A stretch of DNA of 64,000 bases from an uncultured Alphaproteobacteria bacterium (GCA_947630965.1 CANRJO010000003.1:798-64797), one strand, 5' to 3'; counted from the first letter of the stretch, positions 8,904-18,731 are shown. Numbers and translations are program-made. The notes: generated from the sequence alone by a model not told the origin.

Positions 8904-9772
8904 AAGGACAAGTTCTGTAGAGAAAGATGAATTTCATTAATGTGATCAACCACAATCATCCCCGCGGCACGCATGGCATTCTTTTTATCTTCCGCCGTAA
9001 TCCGACCATGCGTCACAACATCGCCGGCATAACCCATTTTATCATTAAATGCTGCCAAACTTCCTGCAATATAACTAATCGCTGGTTTCGGATTTTGAAG
9101 CGAAGCATAATATGCCGCCGCCTCTTCCTCATATGTACCGCCAAGCTTACCCAAAATAACCATAGCTTTTGTTTGAGGATCTTCCTGAAACAGTTTCATT
9201 ATTTCAACAAATCCTGTACCCACAATCATATCATCGCCGAGCCCCACAACGGTAGATTGCCCAAAGCCTGCGCGTTCTGTTTCCAAAACCGCCTCGTAAG
9301 TCAGCGTAGAGGAACGTGATATAAGCCCGATTGCCCCTTTCGTGTGAATGTTTTCAGGAAAAATGCCTAAGCAAGCGCCCGCAGGCGTAATAACTCCTGG
9401 CGTATTCGGACCAATAAACGTTGTTTTTGAACCTTTAAGCATAGCCTTAATTTCAAGCATATCCTTAATAGGCACACCTTCGGCAATGGCAACGGCAGTC
9501 TTAATTTCATTTTCCACGACTTCTTGAACAGCGTCTTTCACAAAGCGTGCCGGCACAAACATCACACTGGCTTCCACGCCTTTGTTTTCCACCGCCTCAC
9601 GCACCGTATTAAACACAGGTACGCCCAAGTGTTCCGTGCCACCTCGTTGCGGTGAAACACCTGCCACGATTTGTGTTCCTGCCGCAAGTGCGCGCCGCGT
9701 GTGAAATGAAGCTTGCGTACCCGTAATGCCTTGCACCAAAATTTTGGTATGTTCGTTAATCAAAATGGACAT
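8900..9772 (-). CDS. succinyl-CoA ligase alpha-subunit homolog lacking the phosphohistidine
   Basis: 290 aa, collinear with SucD (MSILI.., QGITGTQ, FNTVREAV, GPNTPGVITP, SRSSTLTYE). The catalytic His position reads DKMGYAGDV (codon TAT, plus-strand nt ~9035). Confidence 0.8.
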   Translation of the reverse strand: MSILINEHTKILVQGITGTQASFHTRRALAAGTQIVAGVSPQRGGTEHLGVPVFNTVREAVENKGVEASVMFVPARFVKDAVQEVVENEIKTAVAIAEGVPIKDMLEIKAMLKGSKTTFIGPNTPGVITPAGACLGIFPENIHTKGAIGLISRSSTLTYEAVLETERAGFGQSTVVGLGDDMIVGTGFVEIMKLFQEDPQTKAMVILGKLGGTYEEEAAAYYASLQNPKPAISYIAGSLAAFNDKMGYAGDVVTHGRITAEDKKNAMRAAGMIVVDHINEIHLSLQNLSL

Positions 9773-10974
9773 CAGGCGGCTTCCTTCATGGCGGTTAAAA
9801 GTTTTTCAACGCTGTCTTCCATATTTTCAGCGGTAATAACAGGCAACCCCGAATTTTTCAAAATTTCTTTGGCCTCTTCCTTATTCGTGCCCTCAAAACG
9901 CACAACCAACGGCACATTAAGCCCAACTTCCGAAGCGGCGGAAACAATCCCGTCTGCCACCAGATTACAACGTAAAAAGCCACCCAAAATATTAATCAAA
10001 ATGCCCTCAACCCGTGGGTTGGTCATAATAATTTTGATGCCCGCGGAAATTTTATCTTTATCAACGCCACCTTTCACATTAAGAAAGCACGACATTTTTT
10101 CATCAGCGTTATAAAGCAAATCGCGCACGGAAAGAGCAAGCCCGTCACCGTTCACAATGCAACCGATACTTCCCTCATCAAAATCCAAATATTGAAAGCC
10201 GAATTTTTGCGCCTGCAAGGAACGGTCATCTTCCTCATAATCATCTTTCAAGGGCAAAATTTCCGGATGCCTGAAAAGGGCATTATCATCAAAAGCTATT
10301 TTCGCATCAAGCGCCGTTAATGAACCGTCTGTACAAACCCCAACAGGGTTAATTTCAATCATAACAGCATCTAAACTTGTAAACGCTTTAAGCATGGCAT
10401 CAAAAAGTTCTTTAAGCGGCTTTAGGCTTTTTTCTTTCAAGTGAAGAAATGCCGAAATCTGCATAGCTTGTTGAGCGCTGATTTTTTCATTTAAGCCTAA
10501 ATTCAGCCGCAAAATTTTTTCAGGTTCTTTTTGAGCCAACGCCGTTATGTTTCCAAACGTGTTAGCAACCAAAAGTGTAATGCAGGAAAGCATCCGATCA
10601 ATAACCAAGCTTGCGTAAAATTTTTGCACGGTAAGGCAAAATTCTTCCACATAAATTTTGCTCACAAGCTTACCTTTCGCTCCTGTTTGATCTGTCACAA
10701 GCGTTGCGCCAAGCATTTTAGCGGCTTCTTCCAAAACATCTCGATGCCCTTTTAAGCACCGAATGCCCCCTTTAACGCCCGCGCGTTTTTCAATAAAATG
10801 CCCACTTTCTCTGGCGCCAGATTGGATTTGCGCCTTTAACATCCATGGACCTTTATGAGATATATTTTCAGCAACGCGTTTAGCCTCACCGGGGGTATAG
10901 GCAATTTTTCCGAGCGGAATCCGAACGCCGTAGCGGCTCAAAATTTGCTTTGCCTGATACTCATGAATGTTCAT
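9772..10974 (-). CDS. succinyl-CoA ligase beta-subunit homolog (divergent)
   Basis: 400 aa. MNIHEYQAKQIL N-terminus with ATP-grasp plus CoA-ligase layout. Gly-rich motifs are altered (VNGDGLAL, NVKGGVDKD). Confidence 0.8.
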   Translation of the reverse strand: MNIHEYQAKQILSRYGVRIPLGKIAYTPGEAKRVAENISHKGPWMLKAQIQSGARESGHFIEKRAGVKGGIRCLKGHRDVLEEAAKMLGATLVTDQTGAKGKLVSKIYVEEFCLTVQKFYASLVIDRMLSCITLLVANTFGNITALAQKEPEKILRLNLGLNEKISAQQAMQISAFLHLKEKSLKPLKELFDAMLKAFTSLDAVMIEINPVGVCTDGSLTALDAKIAFDDNALFRHPEILPLKDDYEEDDRSLQAQKFGFQYLDFDEGSIGCIVNGDGLALSVRDLLYNADEKMSCFLNVKGGVDKDKISAGIKIIMTNPRVEGILINILGGFLRCNLVADGIVSAASEVGLNVPLVVRFEGTNKEEAKEILKNSGLPVITAENMEDSVEKLLTAMKEAA

Positions 10975-10979
10975 GTTGT

Positions 10980-11387
10980 TTACTTTTCAAAACTCTCCGC
11001 ATAAAAACGGATTTTATCAACCATAGACATCATCCCGTTTCGTCTGCTTGGGCTTAAATGTTCCCCTAACCCTAGTTTAGCAAAGATTTTATCAACTTCA
11101 ATTTTTTTTATCTCTTGTACAGATTTATTTTGATAAATGGAAAGAATCAAATAAATAATACCCTTAACCATAATAGCGTCGCTATCGCCCTGAAAAGAGA
11201 TTGTCCCATTCTCGTACGTTGGAACAAGCCACACCTGCGATTGACACCCGCTCACTTTCCAAGCGTCTGTTTTAAAATCATCGGAAAGCATAGGAAGCTT
11301 TTCGCCAAGCTCAATCAGATACTGATATTTCTCTTCCCACGATTCCAACAATGAAAAATTTTCGATTAAATCTTCAATTTTTTCCAT
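10980..11387 (-). CDS. sufE: cysteine desulfuration protein SufE
   Basis: 135 aa with the conserved Cys in VSGCQSQVWL. Confidence 0.85.
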   Translation of the reverse strand: MEKIEDLIENFSLLESWEEKYQYLIELGEKLPMLSDDFKTDAWKVSGCQSQVWLVPTYENGTISFQGDSDAIMVKGIIYLILSIYQNKSVQEIKKIEVDKIFAKLGLGEHLSPSRRNGMMSMVDKIRFYAESFEK

Positions 11388-11815
11388 TAAAACATCTCCA
11401 ACATTTCTTTAGCGTCATCGCTTAAGCGATCAACCGTCCAAACGGGTTCCCAAACAACCCGCACGTCAACCTCGCCCACGCCTTTCACAGCGGCGGCGGC
11501 ATCAGCAACCTGCTGTGGCATAACCCCGGCAACAGGGCACCCTGGCGCGGTAAGTGTCATGTCAATATTTAAGTTTCCATCAGCTTGCTGATCGATTCTA
11601 TAAATCAGTCCCAAATCGTAAATATTAATCGGAATTTCGGGATCGAACACTGTTTTTAAAGCCTCAACCACATCAATCATGCGGGCAAGCTTTGCGTTTT
11701 GAGCCAACTTTTGCCCCGCATGCGCCCGATATTCCGTTAAGGGAGCTTGAGCCGTATCGTCCACGCTCATAGCGCTTAATAAAGATTTTTCGTTTTCATC
11801 AAGTTCTTCAGACAT
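11387..11815 (-). CDS. DUF59/MIP18-family Fe-S assembly protein (SufT-like)
   Basis: I moved the start to ATG 11815 (MSEELD..). Motif LTAPGCPVAG. Confidence 0.8.
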   Translation of the reverse strand: MSEELDENEKSLLSAMSVDDTAQAPLTEYRAHAGQKLAQNAKLARMIDVVEALKTVFDPEIPINIYDLGLIYRIDQQADGNLNIDMTLTAPGCPVAGVMPQQVADAAAAVKGVGEVDVRVVWEPVWTVDRLSDDAKEMLEMF

Positions 11816-11874
11816 GGTTTTTATCCTTTTAAGAAAAAGATATAAACCAATAATCCTTAATGTCAAGAAACTCG

Positions 11875-13098
11875 TTAAAAGAAGCGTTGCGCTTTTTTAA
11901 CAGCAGCAACAAAGGCATCAATATCGGCTTTATTGGTATAAAGCCCAAAAGAAGCCCGCGCAACAGATGTATAGCCCATACGCTCCACAATTGGCTCCGC
12001 GCAATGGTGCCCAACCCTGATGGCAACGCCTTCTTTAGAAAGCACATAAGCTAAATCCTGCGGATGAATATTCCCAACGGCAAAGGAGAACACGCCACCT
12101 TTTGTAGGCGCAGTGCCAATGTGCTTAAAACCCTCAATTTTTTTTGTTTCATCAAACATATAAGTGCAAAGTTCTTTTTCGTGCGCCATAATGTTTTCAA
12201 GCCCCAAAGCCTGCATATATTGCAAAGCCGCACCAAGCCCGATGGCATCAACCATAGAAGGCGTGCCGGCCTCAAAACGGGCGGGAGGCTCCGCAAAAGT
12301 GGTTTGCTGATAAGTTACTTTCTCAACCATATCGCCACCTGTCTGATACGGGGGCATATCACGCAAAATTTGCTCCTTGGCATACAAAATGCCAATACCT
12401 GCTGGACCATAAGTTTTATGCCCTGAAAACGCCAAAAAATCGCAATCAAGAGCCTGAACGTCAATTTTGTGATGCACCGCAAACTGGCAAGCATCCACCA
12501 AAATTTTTGCCCCAACCGCATGCGCCGCCTTTGCCATTTCCCACACAGGAAAAATGGTGCCCAACACATTAGACATGGCGCTCACGGCGACAAGTTTTGT
12601 TTTTTCCGACAAGTTTTTTGCAAACTCTTCCGGCAGATAAGAGCCGTCATCGCCAACTTTAAAAACTTTAAGAACGCACCCTTTTTTGAGAGCCACCATT
12701 TGCCACGGAACTAAATTGGCATGATGTTCCGCTTGGGAAACTAAAATTTCATCGCCCTCTTTCAAAAATTTTTCCGCCCATGTTGCCGCAACCAAATTGA
12801 TCGATTCGGTAGCGTTGCGCGTAAAGACAATTTCTTTAATGGAACGCGCATTCAAAAAGCCACGCACAATCTCGCGCGCTTGTTCATAATTGGCGGTCAT
12901 CTCCTCAGCAAGGGCATACGCGCTACGATGCACATTGGCATAACTTTCGCTATAAACCCGCACAAGCGTATCAATCACAACCTGCGGTTTTTGAGCCGAA
13001 GCGGCCGTATCTAAATACACGTTCGGCTTGCCGTCAAAAGTACGTGCCAAAATCGGAAAATCTGACCTGATTTTTTCAATATCATACATTTTTTTCAT
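11875..13098 (-). CDS. sufS: cysteine desulfurase SufS
   Basis: PLP-Lys in SGHKTYGP and catalytic Cys in RVGHHCAEP. The start is ATG 13098 or 13089. Confidence 0.9.
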   Translation of the reverse strand: MKKMYDIEKIRSDFPILARTFDGKPNVYLDTAASAQKPQVVIDTLVRVYSESYANVHRSAYALAEEMTANYEQAREIVRGFLNARSIKEIVFTRNATESINLVAATWAEKFLKEGDEILVSQAEHHANLVPWQMVALKKGCVLKVFKVGDDGSYLPEEFAKNLSEKTKLVAVSAMSNVLGTIFPVWEMAKAAHAVGAKILVDACQFAVHHKIDVQALDCDFLAFSGHKTYGPAGIGILYAKEQILRDMPPYQTGGDMVEKVTYQQTTFAEPPARFEAGTPSMVDAIGLGAALQYMQALGLENIMAHEKELCTYMFDETKKIEGFKHIGTAPTKGGVFSFAVGNIHPQDLAYVLSKEGVAIRVGHHCAEPIVERMGYTSVARASFGLYTNKADIDAFVAAVKKAQRFF

Positions 13099-13254
13099 CC
13101 TTGAGGCACAATTTAGCAAGTTTAAAATTTTTTTTCAACCTAAACTGTTCTTTTTATCAAAAAACAAACGTATTCAAAAGTCGGCGATAAATTATCCAAA
13201 AGTCGGGCTTTGAAACTTTCTTTTTCCTCTTATGTTTATGGCAGGAGAAAAAAG

Positions 13255-14211
13255 ATGTTTTTAGATAAAGATGTTGCAAAATTTGTGGAAAGTGTTGAAA
13301 AAAACACCGCAAAACCTTTGTACGAATTAACACCCCAAGAGGCGCGTGAAGTCTTGCTTTCAGCGCAGGAAGAAAAAGAAGAAAACACAGATATTGATGT
13401 AAGCAAAATAAGCGCACCTTTAGGTGGTGGACGCACCATGCCGGTTCAAATTATCAAACCTTTAAAAGCCCCGGACACACTCCCGATAATATATTACATT
13501 CATGGTGGCGGTTGGGTCATGGGCAACGAAAAAACGCACGCACGCTTAACAAGAGAATTAGCGCTCAAAACAAATGCCGCGGTGGTTTTTCCGATATACG
13601 AAAATTCACCTGAGGCACAATATCCCCAAACAACAACCGACTTATTTACGGTATTACAATACATTGCCGAACACGCCGCCTCTTATGGTCTTGATGTTGA
13701 GCACCTTGCTGTTGCGGGCGATTCCGTAGGTGGTAATATGGCACTTGTCATGGCGATGATGGCAAAAGAAAACAAAGGTCCAAAAATTATTTTTCAGCTT
13801 CTTTTATACCCTGTCGCGGGTGCAAACTTTGAGACCGATTCTTATAAAACTTTTGCCAACGGCCCTTGGTTAACCAAGAAAGCCATGCAGTGGTTTTGGA
13901 AACAATACGCGCCCAATGAAAATAATTGGCAAGAAAATTCTGCAAGCCCAATTAACGCATCGCCTGATGAACTTTCTGCCTTACCGCCCGCACTTGTTAT
14001 AACTGATGAAAACGATGTTTTGCGGGACGAAGGCGAGGCTTTAGCACAAAAACTAAACAACGCCGGCACGTCAACAGCAAGTGTTCGCATTAACGGCACA
14101 ATCCATGACTTTCTCATGCTAAACGCCCTTGCCGATTCGGCACCTTCAAAAGCTGCTCTTTGGCTTGTTTCCGGTGCGTTGAAATCATATTTTGAGGATA
14201 GAGCAGATTAA
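13255..14211 (+). CDS. alpha/beta hydrolase, hormone-sensitive-lipase-type esterase
   Basis: I moved the start to ATG 13255 (AGGAG upstream). HGGGW oxyanion motif and GDSVGG nucleophile elbow. Confidence 0.85.
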   Translation: MFLDKDVAKFVESVEKNTAKPLYELTPQEAREVLLSAQEEKEENTDIDVSKISAPLGGGRTMPVQIIKPLKAPDTLPIIYYIHGGGWVMGNEKTHARLTRELALKTNAAVVFPIYENSPEAQYPQTTTDLFTVLQYIAEHAASYGLDVEHLAVAGDSVGGNMALVMAMMAKENKGPKIIFQLLLYPVAGANFETDSYKTFANGPWLTKKAMQWFWKQYAPNENNWQENSASPINASPDELSALPPALVITDENDVLRDEGEALAQKLNNAGTSTASVRINGTIHDFLMLNALADSAPSKAALWLVSGALKSYFEDRAD

Positions 14212-14269
14212 GTTCTTGTTTTTATTCATATTTGGTTTATGCTCAAAGCCTTAAACAAAGGATAAACCA

Positions 14270-14611
14270 ATGAAAAAAATTTTCTCGCTCTTTGCTTTTT
14301 TGCTTTTGATTTCCTCTTGCGGACAAGACAAACTTGTTGGCACTTGGGTTCAGCCGATTCCCGGCATGGAAGATCAGGTTCAAGGCTTTAAGTTAAACGC
14401 CGATGGCTCCGCGGAATCCGTTAATATGCACACACTTCTTTACAATGCGTGGTCACACAAAAACAACACCCTCACACTCAAAAGTGAAAGCATTGGCAAT
14501 AAACAAACCATCAACATTACCGAACAGTTTGAAATTCAAAATTTAACGGAAGATACGCTCACTTTACGCCTTCATGATTCCGTCTTTACCTACACGCGTC
14601 AAAAACCCTGA
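14270..14611 (+). CDS. small lipoprotein (lipocalin-like, weak)
   Basis: 113 aa with lipobox LISSCG. No firm domain call. Confidence 0.55.
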   Translation: MKKIFSLFAFLLLISSCGQDKLVGTWVQPIPGMEDQVQGFKLNADGSAESVNMHTLLYNAWSHKNNTLTLKSESIGNKQTINITEQFEIQNLTEDTLTLRLHDSVFTYTRQKP

Positions 14612-14632
14612 TTATTATGAAGGAGTTTTTTA

Positions 14633-15361
14633 ATGAAAAAAATTTTTCTTGCTATATTTTGTTTTTTATTAAGCGCCGCTGCCAACGCGGTTGAGAAAAA
14701 CGTTGAACTCCAAATTGAAAACACAGATTGGGAAACAATCGCTCAGGAGATGAACGAAACTTCTCTCGATTCTCTTCAAAAAGAAGGGTTTGATTTCAAG
14801 GCTTTAGACAGCAAGAAGAACTCCTTGTTTTATTATGTTTTAACCTCAAACCCGAAATATATTTTGGTTAAAAAGCTAATAGAGTACGGTGTAGATGTCA
14901 ATCAACCTTCGGCAAACAATATATTACCCTTAAATGTCTTGACCTCAAAAGCCAACGAAATACAGCTCCAAATTTTAACCATGCAATCTATGGGGCTTGA
15001 TATTTATAACCCCAAAATCAAAGACGCTTTTGAGGAAAAAATTTTTGAGGAGATGAGTGCCATGCTCGAAATCTCGCGGCTTTTAATTGAAGCGGGCGCA
15101 GATGTAAACAAAAAAAGTTCTTTAGGCACACCTTTAATGAACGCAGCAACAAACTCTTGGAATATAGATATTCTAAAGCTTTTCATCGATTCGGGGGCTG
15201 ATTTAAACGCCACAGATACCACTGGTCGCACCGCGCTTTTTTATGCTGCTCTCGCCGGCAACGCCGACATCATTGATGTTTTGCTGAAAGCCGGCGCAAA
15301 CCCCGATATAAAAGACCAAAGCGGCAAAATCTACAAAGATGTTTTAAAGTCAGAAAAATAA
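14633..15361 (+). CDS. ankyrin-repeat protein with signal peptide
   Basis: 242 aa. ANK repeats, e.g. GTPLMNAATNSWNIDILKLFIDSGADLN and GRTALFYAALAGNADIIDVLLKAGANPD. Confidence 0.85.
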   Translation: MKKIFLAIFCFLLSAAANAVEKNVELQIENTDWETIAQEMNETSLDSLQKEGFDFKALDSKKNSLFYYVLTSNPKYILVKKLIEYGVDVNQPSANNILPLNVLTSKANEIQLQILTMQSMGLDIYNPKIKDAFEEKIFEEMSAMLEISRLLIEAGADVNKKSSLGTPLMNAATNSWNIDILKLFIDSGADLNATDTTGRTALFYAALAGNADIIDVLLKAGANPDIKDQSGKIYKDVLKSEK

Positions 15362-15448
15362 AAAATTTTTCTCTTAACTGATTCTTTAGAAACAATTTTT
15401 AGAATGCGCTTTATAAAAACGTAACAATTTTTATAAAGAGGTTTTATA

Positions 15449-17875
15449 ATGATAAACTTTCAAAAACTTGCCAAAGTAGCTCTGGTTGCTTTTGGCTTAT
15501 TTTTTACAACAAGCGCGCAAGCTTCGGAGATAGATTTAAACATCCCCGCACTTGACGTTATGTTCAATATTTTTGGCTACAGCATTAGCGGCTCGCAAAT
15601 TTTGCTTGCCGGTATGGGCGTATGCTTATTAGGTATGCTGTTTGGCTTAACCGAATTTTTGCTCATCAAGCGCCTGCCTGTTCACAAGCTGATGCGTGAT
15701 GTTGCAGAAACCATTTATGCAACCTGCAAAACTTATATGAAACAACAGGCTCTTTTACTCCTGATTTTGGAATGTTTCATTGCCGTTTGCATTTTTTACT
15801 ATTTCTATTATCTCAACGCCACACCAATGCTTAAAGTTTTAAACATTTTAGGTTGGTCGGTTTTGGGCATTTTAGGTTCATTTTCGGTGGCATGGTTTGG
15901 TATGCGTATCAACACTTATGCCAACGCGCGCACCTCCTTTGCATCCTTAAAAGGCAAGGCATTTCCTGTGATGAACCTGCCGCTTCATTCCGGCATGTCC
16001 ATTGGTGTTTTGCTCATTTGCGTTGAGCTCATTATGATGATTTTCATTTTGCTTTTTGTCCCGCGCGATAATGCCGGTGCTTGTTTCATCGGATTCGCAA
16101 TTGGTGAATCTTTAGGTGCCTCGGCTTTGCGTATTTGTGGTGGTATTTTCACCAAAATTGCAGATATTGGCGCTGACTTAATGAAAATTATCTTCAAAAT
16201 TGATGAAGATGACGCACGCAACCCCGGTGTGATTGCTGACTGCACGGGCGATAACGCGGGCGATTCCGTTGGCCCCACAGCTGACGGCTTTGAAACCTAT
16301 GGCGTGACCGGCGTGGCACTCATCAGCTTTATTGTTTTGGGTGCCGGCATGATGTGGACATCTGAGGGCGGCTTAATGCTCATGCAAAACGGCATAGACA
16401 TTCAAGCTCGCTTAATCACATGGATTTTCACCATGCGCGTTTTAATGATTATCACTTCGGTATTTTCTTATGCCTTAAACAACTTTGTTTCCAAAGCACG
16501 TTTTGGCAACAAAGCAAAGTTTAACTTTGAAACGCCGTTAACAAGCCTTGTTTGGTTAACATCGCTGATTTCCATTATGGTCACCTTTGGTGTTTCTTAT
16601 GTCATGATCGACCATAACACTTTCGGACCGGATTTATGGTGGAAACTTTCAACCATCATCAGTTGCGGCACATTGGCGGCAGCGCTCATTCCTGAATTTA
16701 CAAAGATTTTCACATCTTCAAAATCAAAACATGTTGAAGAAGTGGTCAATGCAAGCCGCGAAGCAGGCGCATCTTTGAACGTTATTTCAGGCATTGTCGC
16801 CGGCAACTTCTCTGCTTTTTGGCAAGGCATTGTGATGGTTGGTTTAATGGCGGTGGCATACTTTACCGCGCGTGAAGGTTTAGACGCTTATATGGTTTAC
16901 CCAACAGTCTTTGCCTTTGGCTTGGTGGCTTTCGGTATGCTCGGTATGGGACCTGTCACCATTGCGGTCGATTCGTATGGTCCTGTCACGGATAACGCAC
17001 AATCTGTGTTTGAGCTTTCACAAATTGAACAAAAACGCGGTATTGAAAAAGAAATTGAAAAAGATTACGGCTTTAAGCCTAATTTTGAAGTTGGCAAACA
17101 CTTGTTGGAAGAAAATGATTCCGCAGGTAACACCTTCAAAGCCACAGCAAAACCGGTGCTGATTGGTACAGCCGTGATTGGTGCCACAACAATGATTTTC
17201 TCAATCATTTTGCTGTTGAACTTGTCTTTGAACTTGCTTGATCCTTATGTGCTCTTTGGACTCATCTTGGGTGGCGCGGTCATTTACTGGTTCTCGGGTG
17301 CTTCCATGCAGGCTGTTTCCGCCGGCGCTTACCGTGCGGTGGCATACATCAAGAAGCACATTCATCTTGACGGCAAAAAGGCCGCCTCAATTGAGGATTC
17401 TAAAAACGTGGTTCGCATTTGCACACTTTACGCACAAAAGGGAATGTTCAACATCTTTATTGTGATTTTCTCGTTTACAATTGCGTTTGCGTGCTTTAAC
17501 CCGAACTTGTTTGCAAGCTACCTCATTTCCATTGCGGTCTTTGGTTTGTTCCAAGCGCTTTACATGGCAAACGCCGGCGGTGCATGGGATAATGCCAAGA
17601 AAGTTGTTGAGGTGGATTTACAAGAAAAAGGAACGCCTTTGCATGATGCATCTGTTGTGGGCGATACGGTAGGTGATCCTTACAAAGATACATCTTCAGT
17701 AGCATTAAACCCGATCATCAAGTTCACCACGCTCTTTGGTCTGTTGGCTGTGGAGATGGCAGCCAAAGCACCTGAAAACGTGGCACTTGGCTTGGGTGTA
17801 TTTTTCATGTTGCTAGGCTTGGTTTTTGTATGGCGCTCATTCTACGCCATGCGTATTAAAGCCTTAAACGACTAA
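15449..17875 (+). CDS. hppA: membrane-bound H+-translocating pyrophosphatase
   Basis: 808 aa, polytopic. Motifs GDNAGDSVGPTADGFETY, GGAWDNAKK and GDTVGDPYKDT. The Lys in GNTFKA suggests the K+-independent type. Confidence 0.9.
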   Translation: MINFQKLAKVALVAFGLFFTTSAQASEIDLNIPALDVMFNIFGYSISGSQILLAGMGVCLLGMLFGLTEFLLIKRLPVHKLMRDVAETIYATCKTYMKQQALLLLILECFIAVCIFYYFYYLNATPMLKVLNILGWSVLGILGSFSVAWFGMRINTYANARTSFASLKGKAFPVMNLPLHSGMSIGVLLICVELIMMIFILLFVPRDNAGACFIGFAIGESLGASALRICGGIFTKIADIGADLMKIIFKIDEDDARNPGVIADCTGDNAGDSVGPTADGFETYGVTGVALISFIVLGAGMMWTSEGGLMLMQNGIDIQARLITWIFTMRVLMIITSVFSYALNNFVSKARFGNKAKFNFETPLTSLVWLTSLISIMVTFGVSYVMIDHNTFGPDLWWKLSTIISCGTLAAALIPEFTKIFTSSKSKHVEEVVNASREAGASLNVISGIVAGNFSAFWQGIVMVGLMAVAYFTAREGLDAYMVYPTVFAFGLVAFGMLGMGPVTIAVDSYGPVTDNAQSVFELSQIEQKRGIEKEIEKDYGFKPNFEVGKHLLEENDSAGNTFKATAKPVLIGTAVIGATTMIFSIILLLNLSLNLLDPYVLFGLILGGAVIYWFSGASMQAVSAGAYRAVAYIKKHIHLDGKKAASIEDSKNVVRICTLYAQKGMFNIFIVIFSFTIAFACFNPNLFASYLISIAVFGLFQALYMANAGGAWDNAKKVVEVDLQEKGTPLHDASVVGDTVGDPYKDTSSVALNPIIKFTTLFGLLAVEMAAKAPENVALGLGVFFMLLGLVFVWRSFYAMRIKALND

Positions 17876-17889
17876 AAGAAAAAACTAAA

Positions 17890-17922
17890 ACACACCCCGC
17901 CCAAAACGGGGTGTGTGTTTAT
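17890..17922. terminator. rho-independent terminator after hppA (usable from both strands)
   Basis: Stem cacaccccg / cggggtgtg with loop cccaaaa and a T-rich tail. Confidence 0.75.
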
Positions 17923-17962
17923 AAATTAAAACGAATCCTTATTTCTAACCCTCAAGTTTTAG

Positions 17963-18082
17963 AAAGGCGGATAGTGTGTGCAGATAGAGTGATTTTAAGC
18001 CCGAAAGTACCGCAGTGTACATAAAGGTACATGAGGAAACTTTCGGGCTTAAAATTGCTCTAGATGCCAGCTAGACGCCTTT
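17963..18082. repeat. ~120-bp imperfect palindromic element, copy 2 (overlaps 3' end of cmk)
   Basis: Same architecture as 1234-1357, with core accgcagtgtacataaaggtacatgagga. Inner arms are aagcccgaaagt / actttcgggctt, compensatory relative to copy 1. Confidence 0.75.
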
Positions 18083-18731
18083 CTATCTCCTTAATTGCGG
18101 TAAAAACCTCAGCTTCCGCATCCATTTCTGACGTATCTAGGAATATCGCATCAGATGCAGGTTTGAGAGGTGCTGTAGCACGCTCGGAGTCGCGCTTATC
18201 ACGCTCGGCCATATCAGCAAGCACTTTCTCGTATGTTGTTTGAATGCCTTTGGCGAGAAACTCTTTATAACGACGTTGGGCACGCACTTCCGCAGAGGCG
18301 GTTACAAAAAATTTGATATCGGCATGGGGGCAAACAACGGTGCCAGTATCGCGCCCGTCATAGACGGCACCGTTGGCAGGTGTACCGTCGGGAAAAACAG
18401 GGTTTTTAGAAAAGTCTTGTTGCATTTTTAAAAGTGCTGCGCGCACTTTTGGAAGGGCTGAAACCTTGGAAGCGGCGCGTCCACCAATATCCGAACGGAA
18501 ATCTTGATGTGTGGAAAGAGCCATCATTTTTTCAAAGGTTAATTCTTTGGCTTTCTGCTCGGCGGCAACTTCATTTTCTGGATCAAGCCCGTCCAAAACC
18601 ATACCAAGCCCCACAGCCCGATAAAGCATACCGGTATCAAAATAAACAAGCTTATAATGTTTGGCAAGTGCTGCGGCTAAGGTTCCTTTGCCGGCGGCTG
18701 CCGGCCCGTCAATGGTAATAATCATCATCAA
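18060..18731 (-). CDS. cmk: cytidylate kinase
   Basis: 223 aa with P-loop IITIDGPAAAGKGT. Confidence 0.9.
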   Translation of the reverse strand: MMMIITIDGPAAAGKGTLAAALAKHYKLVYFDTGMLYRAVGLGMVLDGLDPENEVAAEQKAKELTFEKMMALSTHQDFRSDIGGRAASKVSALPKVRAALLKMQQDFSKNPVFPDGTPANGAVYDGRDTGTVVCPHADIKFFVTASAEVRAQRRYKEFLAKGIQTTYEKVLADMAERDKRDSERATAPLKPASDAIFLDTSEMDAEAEVFTAIKEIERRLAGI

